A stretch of 43,132 nt of DNA, from positions 1 to 43,132 of the IMG/VR virus record IMGVR_UViG_3300045988_067234. One strand, given 5' to 3'. Positions 7,117-18,100 of the stretch are shown piece after piece (position 1 is the first letter of the stretch; the number at the start of each line of letters is the position of its first letter). A program made the position numbers and the translations under genes. The notes beneath the pieces are model-generated. The model saw nothing but the letters and a program-made list of their open reading frames with translations, did not search any database and had not been told where the DNA came from. The stretch comes from a virus.

Positions 7117-8943
7117 ATGGACAATATACAAAGCAAAATAACTCCCGAAAGATTGCAGGAGCTGACGCGGATACTGCAAAAATACAAGACCGGCAAAGCG
7201 CACCTTGAGCGCCGCGTAGTGAGCGCAGAAAACTGGTGGAAGCTGCGCAACAGCAGCGAGGAGATGAAAACCACGTCGCTCGACGACGGCGGTTTCCGCA
7301 GCCGCTCCGGATGGCTGCACAACGTCATTGTATCAAAACACGCCGACGCGATGGAGGCGTACCCCGAACCCAACATACTGCCGCGAGAGCCGAACGACCG
7401 CGAAGAGGCGCGGATGCTCAGCAGCATCGTGCCGGTAGTAATGGAGCAAAACCTCTTTGAGGATACATACTGCGATGCGATGTGGCAAAAGCTCAAGACC
7501 GGCACGGGCGTATATAAGGTAACGTGGGACGCGGACAAGCTCGGCGGCCTCGGCGACATCTCGATAGAGCGCGTCGACCTGCTGAACCTCTTTTGGGAGC
7601 CGGGCGTGCGCGACATACAGGACAGCCGGTATTTTTATCACACGGCGCTGCACGACAACGATATCCTGGAGCAGAGGTACCCGCAGCTTGAGGGCAAGCT
7701 CAAGGGCAGCCCGTTCACGGCGACCAAGTTTTTATATGATGACGCGGTCGATACGAGCGGCAAGACGACGGTTATCGACTGCTACTACAAGCTGTGGCAG
7801 GACGGGCGCACGGTGCTTCACTACGTCAAGTACGTCGGCGACACGGTGCTTTACGCGACGGAGGACGAGGGCAAGCCGCTGTATGATCACGGGCTTTATC
7901 CCTTCGTCTTCGACTCGCTGTTCCCGGTCGAGGGCAGCCCTTGCGGCTACGGTTTTGTCGACCTGTGCAGCAACGCGCAGACGGCTATAGACCTGATGGA
8001 CACGGCGTTTGTAAAAAACACTATGGTGGGCGCGATGCCGCGATACTTCAGGCGCAACGACGGCGGCGTACATGAGGACGAGTTTCTCGACCTGTCCACG
8101 CCGCTGGTGACGGTGGACGGCAACCTCGGCGATGATGCGCTTAAAATTATAGATTACCGGCCTCTGAGCGGCAATTACATGGAGTTTCAGGCCGGGAAAG
8201 TGAACGAATTGCGCGAGACTTCGGGCAATACCGAGACGGCCACGGGCTCGACCTCGCAGGGCGTGACGGCGGCAAGCGCCATCGCGGCGCTGCAGGAGGC
8301 GAGCGGCAAGGGCAGCAGGGACAGCACAAAGACCAGTTACAGGGCGTACAGCCAAGTGGTAACGCTGGTGATTGAGCTGATACGGCAGTTTTACGATGTG
8401 CCGCGGCAGTTCCGCATCACGGGCAGCCTCGGCGAAGAGCAGTTTGTGCAGTACGGCAACGCGGGCTTGCGCGGGCAGCCGCTCGGCATGCTGGGCGGGC
8501 AGGACATGGGCATGAGGCTGCCGGTATTTGATATCGAGGTTAAGGCGCAAAAGGCGGCGGCGTATACCAAGATGAGCCAAAACGAGCTGGCACTGCAGTT
8601 TTACTCGCTGGGCTTCTTCAACCCCGCGCAGGCGGACACGAGCCTGATGTGCCTTGACATGATGGAGTTTGACGGCAAAGACGCGCTGATGCAGCGGATT
8701 GCGCAGATGGGCGGGATGTATCAGCAGCTCATCATGTACCAGCAGATGGCGCTGACGCTGGCGCAAAAATACGAGCCAAACCTCGCGGCCGGACTCATGA
8801 CGGCGATAACCGGCGAACAGCCCCAGCAGCGGCAGGCACCGGCGGACATCAACCTCGACGCGGGACAGCCGCGGGAACAGACTCGCGTACAAAACGCGCG
8901 GGCGCGGAGCAGGCAGGCGTCACAGCCGGGAGGCGCCGAATGA
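7117..8943 (+). CDS. Portal protein
   Basis: 608-aa ORF directly after TerL; GGCAAGGAGG RBS; assignment rests on size and position. Confidence 0.8.
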   Translation: MDNIQSKITPERLQELTRILQKYKTGKAHLERRVVSAENWWKLRNSSEEMKTTSLDDGGFRSRSGWLHNVIVSKHADAMEAYPEPNILPREPNDREEARMLSSIVPVVMEQNLFEDTYCDAMWQKLKTGTGVYKVTWDADKLGGLGDISIERVDLLNLFWEPGVRDIQDSRYFYHTALHDNDILEQRYPQLEGKLKGSPFTATKFLYDDAVDTSGKTTVIDCYYKLWQDGRTVLHYVKYVGDTVLYATEDEGKPLYDHGLYPFVFDSLFPVEGSPCGYGFVDLCSNAQTAIDLMDTAFVKNTMVGAMPRYFRRNDGGVHEDEFLDLSTPLVTVDGNLGDDALKIIDYRPLSGNYMEFQAGKVNELRETSGNTETATGSTSQGVTAASAIAALQEASGKGSRDSTKTSYRAYSQVVTLVIELIRQFYDVPRQFRITGSLGEEQFVQYGNAGLRGQPLGMLGGQDMGMRLPVFDIEVKAQKAAAYTKMSQNELALQFYSLGFFNPAQADTSLMCLDMMEFDGKDALMQRIAQMGGMYQQLIMYQQMALTLAQKYEPNLAAGLMTAITGEQPQQRQAPADINLDAGQPREQTRVQNARARSRQASQPGGAE

Positions 8944-9197
8944 TAAGTGTACACGCGGGGCTGACGGGGATAGACATAAAAGGCCATGCGCACTATGCGC
9001 CGCAGGGCGAAGACATTGTTTGCGCGGCGGCGTCGATACTAGCCATGACGCTGCTAGACATCTGTGAGGACGCGGAGGTCAAGCGCGAGGACGGGCACAT
9101 CAGCATCAAGCACGGAGACCCGGCGGCGATACTCTTCGCGCGGCGCGGGTATAAGCTGCTGGCCGATGCGTACCCGGAGTTTGTGGAGGTAATATGA
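8940..9197 (+). CDS. prp: Prp-family cysteine protease (ribosomal-processing protease homologue)
   Basis: 85 aa with KGHAHYAPQGEDIVCAAASIL (His/Cys dyad context of Prp/DUF464). Matching LQ(F/L)F-A motifs sit at the scaffold and capsid N-termini. Confidence 0.8.
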   Translation: MISVHAGLTGIDIKGHAHYAPQGEDIVCAAASILAMTLLDICEDAEVKREDGHISIKHGDPAAILFARRGYKLLADAYPEFVEVI

Positions 9198-11071
9198 CGG
9201 TTACAACGACAGGGCGCGCCGCATACCGCGGAGGTGCGAGCCATACGGGATATCTCGCGGGCTACGAGACGGCGAACAAGCTCACCCGCGTGCTCCGCTA
9301 CACCTTCACAACGCCCGCGGACGGCGTGAGTAAACTGAGCTTCACGGGGGCACATCTGGCGCACAGTGCGTCGTACTCGTGGGGCGGGCTTAACTGGTAC
9401 GCCACCACGTCGCCGACGTCACACGTAAACGCGGGCGCAGGTTCCGCGAGCTGCGGGACGCTGACGATCACCGGCAACGGCAAGGATTATGACATCTCCG
9501 CGGCGGAAGCGGCGGTCAACCTCCCCCCGAACACAGAAGCCTACATATATATATTTCCCAACAACGCGAATTACTTTTTGTGGAATTTTGCAAACGTCGC
9601 GAGCCTGAACATAACGACGGCGGCGGGCAGCTCGACGATCGCGGCGATAACGCAGACGGTCGAAACGCTGGGGACGCTGACGGTGAGCCTTAACAAGGCG
9701 GTGGACGCGTTCCGCCACAGGCTGACGGTGACGGCGGGTGACAAGACGCTGTACACGTCGGAGCTGTTCGACGTTTTGCACAGCGTGACTGTGCCGAGGG
9801 CGTGGTTTGACAGCTTCCCAAGCGTCACGACGATATCTGCCACGGCTACGGTGACGACGTACAACGGCGACACGGCAGTGGGCACGGCGAGCGCGGCGGT
9901 GACGATAACGGCAGACGACGGCATGAGGCCGCAGATATCCGAGGGTTGGGCAACGGCTGCACCGTACAACATCGGCGCAGTGGCAGGGCTGACGGGCTAC
10001 ATCGCGGGCTATTCACAAGCGGAGATAAGCTTCGACGCCGCCAAGCTGACACAGGCGGCGGGGGCTGCGCTTGCAAGCGTCACAGTGACGTGCAGCGGCG
10101 CCGTGGTCACTGCGGCACCTTACAGGACGCCCATTCTTCTCGGCGCGGCTGACGTAGTGTGTGCGGCGACAGACAGCAGAGGCCGGACAGCGACGCAGAC
10201 AATACGGATAGAGCCGATGGCATATGCGCCGCCTACGCTGAGCCAGGTGCAGATACGTCGCTGCACGGCGGCGGGCGTGGAGGCCGAGGACGGCAACTAC
10301 TACAGCGCAAAGGCGACGGCGACATTCAGCGCGCTCGGCGGGCTGAACGCTCTGACGCTGACGGCAGCGCACAAGATACAGGGCGGCGTATACGGCACGG
10401 AGACGGTGCTCACGTCCGGCGCGGCGGCGATCATCGGCACGATATCCCCCGACAGCACGTATCAGGTGCGGATAACGGCGACGGATGCGCTCGGCAATAC
10501 GGCGGTGACGGTGACGTCCCTGCCGACGCGGCAATGGGCGCTGAAATTCCGTGCGGACGGACTCGGTGCGGCTTTTGGAAAAGCGCCGGAGCACGACAAG
10601 GCGCTGGAGATCCCGGGGGACTGGACATTTAGAATAGGCGGCAACGCCTTGACGGCGGAGCTGCTGGCGGAGCTGCTTGCGAGCCTGGCGGCGGACATAG
10701 CGCACCCGGTCGGGATGTATGTATGGCTGGCGGCGGAGACAGACCCGGCGACGCTATGGGGCGGCACATGGGAAAGGCAGCCCGAGGGGCTGACGCTGGT
10801 CTCGGCGGGTGACAACTACCCGCTGAACTCCACCGGCGGCGAAGCAACCCACACACTGACAATAGCTGAAATGCCTTATCACCAGCACCAAATGGTAAAC
10901 GGCAATAATGGTGGTTATGATTATAGTGGATGGACAAAATCAACTATTGTGCTTAGTGATGCAACAAAAGGTTGGGCAGGTAATGCTAATACAAGCTATG
11001 TCGGCGACAGCGCCGCTCACAATAACATGATGCCATACAAAGCGGCCTACTGTTGGCTGCGGACGGCCTGA
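9194..11071 (+). CDS. Tail fibre-like protein with C-terminal phage tail collar-type domain
   Basis: C-terminus GGEATHTLTIAEMPYHQH...GDSAAHNNMMPYKAAYCW resembles the tail-collar/MdpB motif. The body is T/A/G-rich and beta-like. Confidence 0.55.
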   Translation: MTVTTTGRAAYRGGASHTGYLAGYETANKLTRVLRYTFTTPADGVSKLSFTGAHLAHSASYSWGGLNWYATTSPTSHVNAGAGSASCGTLTITGNGKDYDISAAEAAVNLPPNTEAYIYIFPNNANYFLWNFANVASLNITTAAGSSTIAAITQTVETLGTLTVSLNKAVDAFRHRLTVTAGDKTLYTSELFDVLHSVTVPRAWFDSFPSVTTISATATVTTYNGDTAVGTASAAVTITADDGMRPQISEGWATAAPYNIGAVAGLTGYIAGYSQAEISFDAAKLTQAAGAALASVTVTCSGAVVTAAPYRTPILLGAADVVCAATDSRGRTATQTIRIEPMAYAPPTLSQVQIRRCTAAGVEAEDGNYYSAKATATFSALGGLNALTLTAAHKIQGGVYGTETVLTSGAAAIIGTISPDSTYQVRITATDALGNTAVTVTSLPTRQWALKFRADGLGAAFGKAPEHDKALEIPGDWTFRIGGNALTAELLAELLASLAADIAHPVGMYVWLAAETDPATLWGGTWERQPEGLTLVSAGDNYPLNSTGGEATHTLTIAEMPYHQHQMVNGNNGGYDYSGWTKSTIVLSDATKGWAGNANTSYVGDSAAHNNMMPYKAAYCWLRTA

Positions 11072-11082
11072 AAGGAGATAAT

Positions 11083-12156
11083 ATGGCTACTTACGAAGAC
11101 GAACGCAAGAAACAGGAGCAGGCCGCGATGAGCGGCGCGCAGCAGCAGAATACGCAGCAGCCCGCACAGCAGCCGGACAACACGCAGTATCAGGCGACCA
11201 TGCAGGCGCTTGAGGGCGCGAAGACGCAGGCACCGGTATACGGCGGGCAGTATGACCAGCAGATACAGGATATATACCAGCAGATAGTCAACCGCAAAAA
11301 GTTCAGCTATGACGCGGCGGCAGACCCGCTTTTCCAGCAGTACAAGCAGCAGTACACCCAGCAGGGTCAGCAGGCTATGCGCGACACGATGGGGCAGGCG
11401 GCGGCGCTCACCGGCGGCTACGGCAGCAGCTACGGGCAGGCTGTGGGGCAGCAGCAGTATGACGCGTACCTTCAGCGGCTCGGCGAGGTGCTGCCGGAGA
11501 CTTACAGCATGGCGCTCAATCAGTACAACGCTGAGGGCGACGCGCTGACGAACCAGTACGCGATGCTCAACGACATGGCGACGACCGACTACAACCGCTA
11601 CCGCGACCAGCTCGGCGACTGGCAGTACGACGAAGCGCTCAGACGGCAGGACGAGGAGACGGCATACAGCAGGCAGCAGGACGCATACAACAAGCTGCTG
11701 TACCTAATCAACAACACAGGCTACTCCCCTACCGACGACGAACTGACGGCGGCAGGGCTGACACGCGATCAGGCGGACAAGCTGCTCTATATGTGGCAGC
11801 TGCAAAACGCGGGCACAAGCGGTTCCGGCAGCGGCAGCGGGGGCGGCTCGGGCAGGAGCGGGAGCACGGGAGGAGACGGCAGGGCGGACGTCGACGCGAC
11901 AACGCTTGCCGGAATGAAACAGACGATATACAACCTCTACAAATATTACGGCAAGGACGCGGCAGCGGACAGGCTCGACCAGTACGCAGGCCAGCTCAAC
12001 GACGCGCAGTACGCGCAGCTTGTGCAGCAGGCGCAGGAGCTGATGAACGGCGCGGGGCAGGCAAAGAAAACCCCAACAATAAAAAAGCCGGGGCAGAAAA
12101 AGAAGAGCGGCGGCAGCGGCGGCTCCGGCAGACAGAGCACGGCGGCAACAAGATGA
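11083..12156 (+). CDS. Q-rich low-complexity virion protein candidate
   Basis: ATG at 11083 follows AAAGGAG. Q/Y-rich N-terminal half and a GTSGSGSGSGGGSGRSGSTGGDG linker (11812-11880). Confidence 0.5.
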   Translation: MATYEDERKKQEQAAMSGAQQQNTQQPAQQPDNTQYQATMQALEGAKTQAPVYGGQYDQQIQDIYQQIVNRKKFSYDAAADPLFQQYKQQYTQQGQQAMRDTMGQAAALTGGYGSSYGQAVGQQQYDAYLQRLGEVLPETYSMALNQYNAEGDALTNQYAMLNDMATTDYNRYRDQLGDWQYDEALRRQDEETAYSRQQDAYNKLLYLINNTGYSPTDDELTAAGLTRDQADKLLYMWQLQNAGTSGSGSGSGGGSGRSGSTGGDGRADVDATTLAGMKQTIYNLYKYYGKDAAADRLDQYAGQLNDAQYAQLVQQAQELMNGAGQAKKTPTIKKPGQKKKSGGSGGSGRQSTAATR

Positions 12157-12171
12157 AAACGGAGGCGGAGC

Positions 12172-15100
12172 ATGGCTTACAATCCTTTCCGAGACGGCAA
12201 GCAGACGCAGAGCACGCAGACCGGGCGAGTGAATCCGTTCCGGCAGACCAGCGCGGACAGAAGCGACAGAGAGCGCGTGATGCGCAACTGGCAGAGCGAC
12301 GCGGAGCAGCACGGCATATTGAACAATCCCCAGTACACCGACGAGGGCAAAGCGTATCAGCAGATGGCGCAGGAATACGCAAAGTACGGCACACAGTATC
12401 AGAACCAGCTCAAACAGGGCGTGACCGGGCGGCAGTGGGCGGCTGACACGGCGCGGCGGCTTGAGGAGCTTACACAGCAGCAGAGAGCGGCACAGCAGAC
12501 GGAACGGCGCAGGCAGGACGCGGACGCTATAGGCGATCCGGGACTGTGGGTGACTACGACGGAGCAGTATGACGCACTGCCAGAGGCTCGCAGACAGGAG
12601 GAGGCGCGCAAGGCAAAGCAGCGCCCTGCCGTAAGCCTTGCCGACTACGACAAGCGCATAGCGGAGCTGCGCAAGGAAAAAGAGTGGGCAGACTACTTCG
12701 CCGAGGCCGGGCTGCGCGACGAGGCAGGCTACAAGGCCGGCAGCGCCAGGGGCAAGGCCACGTATGAGAGTGCCGACGCTGCGACTGCGCGGAAGCGCAT
12801 CGGCGAGCTTGAACAGCGGCTGGTCGCGCTGAACCAAAACAGCGGCTGGGCGAGCACGGTGGAGCAGTCGGACGAGATCGAGCGTGAGCGGAACGCCATC
12901 CAGCAGGAGCTGGAATCTCTCGGCGCGGGCTACAAGAACGCGCAGCAGGCGGACTATACCACAAGCGCGAGGAATAATATCTCTGACAGATGGACGCGCG
13001 AGGAGCGAAACAACTTTTACTACCTCTACAACGACAATAAGGACGAGGCACAGGCTTATGCGCGGCGCATCAATGACAGATACGCTTATTCGGACGCGCA
13101 GGCGAAGAAGGAAAAGGCCGGCGAGTGGGCAAGTCAGAATTTCTGGACGGGCTTGGCAGGCACGGCGGCTTCCGTGGGGATGACCATGACGTCTCTTGCC
13201 GACACGCTTGACAGGACGAAAGAATATGCGGCGACCGGAGACGTCTCGGCCAAATCCGGCCTCACCCCCGCGGACATAGGCATGGCGATGACGTCCGCAA
13301 TTGCCTCGTCGCTGAACGAGAAGAGCGGGACTATCAACGACAATGTGTGGGTCATCGGCGGCAAGGGCTTGGGCGACCTATACGAGACGGGGGTAAGCAT
13401 CCTCAACTCCCTCGCATCTGTATACATGCTGGGCGGCGTGGGCACGTACGCCAACTTCTTCGGGCAGGCGAGCAAAACGGCCTACGAGGAGGGCATACAG
13501 CGCGGGCTGAGCGTAGATAAGGCGCTGACCTACGGCTACGCAAGCGGTGTCGCCGAGGTCGCGGGCGAGATGTTCTCAATAGAGCATCTGATAAAGATGA
13601 AGAACCCCAGCTCGCTCAAGGGCATTATCAAGAACATCTTCGTCCAGGGCGGTATTGAGGCAAGCGAAGAGTCGGCCACGACGCTGATGAACACGATATC
13701 GGACGCAATAATAAACGGCGACAAGAGCGAACTTGCGAGCAACTACTACGCGCTGATACAGGCGGGTTACAGCCCTGCGGACGCTGAAAAGCTTGTAATA
13801 GCGGACTGGACTCAGGGCGTTATGTATGATGCCTTGGGCGGCTTTGTGAGCGGCGTTGCAAGCGCCGGCGTCCACAGCACCGTGCAGGGCAGCATGACAT
13901 ACAAGGGCGACGCGCAGGAGCTTATCGACTACGCCAAGAGCGAGGGCGCGGACACTGCGGCGGCGAAACGTGCGCAGAAATACGAAAAGCGCCTACAGAG
14001 CGGGAAGCGCATGACGAACTATCAGGCGGGGACGCTCACGGAGCTTGCGCAGGAGGCCGTGGTCTCAAAAGACCTCGATAACATCCGCGAGGCCGTCGGC
14101 AAGCGGCTTGCCGCGCTCGGCGAAAACAGCTCAGCGCTCACGGAAGCCGTTGTGCGGCAGGCGGTGCAGCAGGAGGCAAAGGCGGCGGACATCAGCGTCC
14201 CGAAGGTCACGGAGAAGCAGCGCGGCCTGATCCAGAACAGCAAGGCGGCAAAGCGCGTGCTCTCCGAGATGGACATCGGCAACATGCGCATGGAGACCGC
14301 GGCGGAGCTGAGCGGGCATGACGGCAGCCAGTATCAGCGCTCTAACGAGTGGGCACGGGATATCGGCACACGCATCATTGCACCCGGAGAATACGGTGTA
14401 CGCAGCACCGACACCGTGACCGCAGAGGAGAAGAGGGCTGACGTGAAGGTCGGAGACGAGAGCGGAAAGGTCGTCGGCTTCAAGAACGGCATGGCGCGCG
14501 TCGAGGTCACGGAGAACGGCAAGAGTACCATCCGGGAGGTAAAGCCCGACGACGTGCAGCAGCTCCCCAAGCAGACGCGCAGGCTGTTTGACGAGATATC
14601 CCGCTATGACGGCGACACGCAGGCGGCAATGTACGCGGCGTATATGCCGGGGCAGGACATAGCAGCATACGTGCAGGCGGCGGACACTGCGATGAACCTC
14701 TACGGCGCGCAGACCAAAGCAACACTTGAGCAGGCGCGCAGTTTCGGCAAGGCGACCTTCCGGATGCTGAGCGACGCCCAGCTCGACGCGCTGATGCAGG
14801 CAGGGCGCAAGCTCGCGGATCAGCGGAAAGCGGCGGCGGAGCGCACCGGCGAGGGCAAGGGCGAGGTCAAGCAGGGCAAGGTGTCCTACGACGGCGGTGA
14901 GGCCGGCGGGCGCAAGCTCAAAGCCCCAAGCAAGGAAGCGATAGACCGCATGAGCGACGCCGAGAAGACCCTCGCGGAGGCGCTGACGGCTACGGGTGTG
15001 AACGTTGTGTTCTACGAGAGCGAGGCAAACGCCGAGGGCAGATACAGCGGCGCGCAGGGCATGTACTACAACGGCACGGTTTACCTCGATGTGAACGCAG

Positions 15101-18100
15101 GCATGAACAGCGTGGAGAGCGGGCAGCGGACGATAGTTCTGACGGCGGCGCACGAAATGACGCACTTCATCCGCGAGAACAGCGAGGCCGGATATATAGC
15201 GCTGCGCGAGTACATAACCGACAGGCTCATGCAGCAGGGGCTGGATATCGAAGAGCTTGTCACGCAGAAGCGCGCAAGAGAGAGCCGCGAGCTGAGCTAT
15301 GACGAGGCCGTGGAGGAGGTAATAGCCGACGCGTGCGAGACGGTTCTGACGGAGCCGACGGCAATAAGGCAGCTTGCAAGCGATAATATGCCTCTGGCAA
15401 AGAAGATACGCAAGTGGCTGAATGATTTCTTCAGGAAAATCAAAAGCGCGTTTGCGGGGCTTGAGGCCGTCCACGACGAGGCCAAGGCAATGACCGACTA
15501 CATGGACGAGCTGCGGGCAATGTGGGACGACGCACTCGCCGACGCCGTGCGGAACAGGGCAAATAAAAACGCCGCCGAAAACGGCGACGGGGTAAGACAT
15601 TCTTATGGCGGCAGGGGTGCAGAGAACGCCAACCTTGATGAATTAGACAGGGCTAAGCGTTTGCTTGCGCAAGGAGTTGACAAAGATGCTGTTAGGAGAG
15701 ATACAGGCTGGTTTAGAGGCGCTGATGGTCAATGGCGCTTCGAGATAGACGACAGTGGATTGATTTACAGCAAGACCGGGAATATTCTCGGCTATGCAGA
15801 CAGCGCGAGAGCGCAGCATGAGTATGCGGCGAAGTGGCTTGCGCTTACTTCGGCGGAAATGACGGACGCGCAGCGTGGCGAACTGGCTGAATACATAAAG
15901 CAGCGCGACAACGGCGAGTTCAGCCAAGAGCTGTATAACAAACTAACAGAATATTGGGGAACCGCCTTTGAGGAATACGCCGCAGCGAAAGAGGCAATGC
16001 TTGCCAGGTCAAACGCGTCCGGGGTTACGGTGGGCGACTACATAAAGCACGACGAGCTTTTCGGGCAATACCCGCATCTTAAGGACTTAGGGCTTATTTT
16101 TGAGGACTTGGGCAGCGGAGAAAAAGGATATTTTAATGGGCTCGAGATTGTTATTGACCGCAGTCTAAAAGACGCGCCGGAAAAAACCCTGCTGCACGAA
16201 ATACAGCACGCTATACAGCGGTTTGAGGGTTTCAGCAAGGGCGCATCCGTGGAGTATTGGAATAGGCAACTTGAGGCAGGGAAGAATGTGCGCACGAGAG
16301 CACAGCTCACGGAAGAAGCTCGGATAGAGAACCAGCTTACGGAACTGCGTATTAAGTCGCCAGATTTTTACGCAGATATAATGCAGCTTGAGGAAATGAC
16401 GCCTACCATTCCGAGGGGCAAAATCGACTGGAATACGCTTGAGCAGATAGAACCTGACCCACCGGAATGGCAACGTTATGACACACGCAGAGAGGAACTC
16501 GAACAAAAGTACGGCGAGGACAGGGTGTTCTCTGCGATAGACCTTTTCAATGACCTCACGCAGAGCCGCAAGACGACGCAGCAACTGCCGAGTGAGCTGT
16601 ATTTCAACACAGCCGGAGAGATTGAGGCGCGGGACGTGGCTGCGAGAGCCGCGCTTACAAAAGCCGAGAGAGCCGCCAAAGCGCCAAACCTCGGCGACGG
16701 CAATACGGTTTGGGCGAAGTATTCCATTCGTGAAGACGCTCCGGCGGAGATACACAAAGCCGTAACAGACAAAAACTATGGCGGCGACATCCGACTGACA
16801 GACACTACCCCGAGTATAATGCTTGCTCACAAGGGCGTGCGAAATCTTCCGATGCTCATGAAGGCTTCTCATATCCGCGAGAACATCCTTACGAAGCAGG
16901 AAGCGGCGAAGCTTGGTCTTGATACGGGCAAGGGCATAAATTATCACGGACTTGGCGAGGAGGTTTTCAAAAAAGTTATCGACAGTCTTGACGATATAAG
17001 CGTTGGCTATCGAGGAACGCCGAAATCAAACGACCCGTCCAGACGCGAGAATAGCTTTCTTCTTATCTCTACCGTGAAGGACAACGGCAGGAATACCATT
17101 GTTGTTCCGGTATACATTAACGAGATGGGCAGTTACAACCGTGTGCTCATAAGAACTAACAAGATTGCATCGGTCTATGGTAAAAGCAGCTTGAATGAGT
17201 ATATTAAAAGAGAAATTGCAAAGGGGAATCTTGTACGCATAAAAAAAAGAAGCCCCGCCAACAGTGAATCCCCGGCTCCAATTGCCGTCGATTATAATGG
17301 CGTCACTTCTCAGGCAAAGGCGGCAGATCAGACTGCGATGGCCTTTGGTAATACTAGTATACGCTCCTCTTCCGAAAATAGCAATACCAAAATTAAAAAA
17401 TCTGAGAGAGATGTTGACCTGACTGCAAAATATCCGCAGCTCAACCTCAACGAGGACATATCGGAGCTTGACGGCGTACCCGCAATAGAGCTTACCGACG
17501 GCAGCGTTCTGCCGATAACCGAGCGCGACGGCAGATACCCGACGCACGTTTCATTCATTGAAGCGAACCGCATAGACGTTGACGACCTCAAGAGCGGCGG
17601 CTGGATAGGCAACGGCGTATATGACCCGTCTTTCACCAGCGACACACAGCGCTATATAGAGCGGCAGCAGGCGAGAAAACGCGTGGCAGAGCTGACGGGC
17701 AAGCAGTATGAGCAGTTCAGGTATTCCATGCGCGACGTGACGGTCGATGACACACGGGAGGAGCTGGCACAGCGCAGAGCGGCATACGCAAGGCTTGAGC
17801 GCGAGAACGCGGCACTGAAAGCCCGCGTGGACTACCTCAAAGGGCAAACGAAGCTGACGAAGGAAGCGACGGTGCGCGAGAGCGACGTTGCCAAGTATGC
17901 GCGGAGCATACTCAAGGAGTACACGAGTCGTGCGGACAGCGCGGAGATACAGCAGCAGCTTCAGGAGCTGGGCAACTACATCGTGCAGAACGATGCGCGG
18001 GTACTGAGCTACGACGAGATACGCAGCCGCGCAGAAGATATTGCGGAAACTGTGCTTGACAACGCCCATGCTGTTATCGCCGAAGAAATGCCGGGGCTCG

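Noticed and set aside
9194-11071. A diversity-generating retroelement targeting the fibre gene.
   Set aside because: There is no reverse transcriptase ORF anywhere in the window, and no template/variable repeat pair was noticed.
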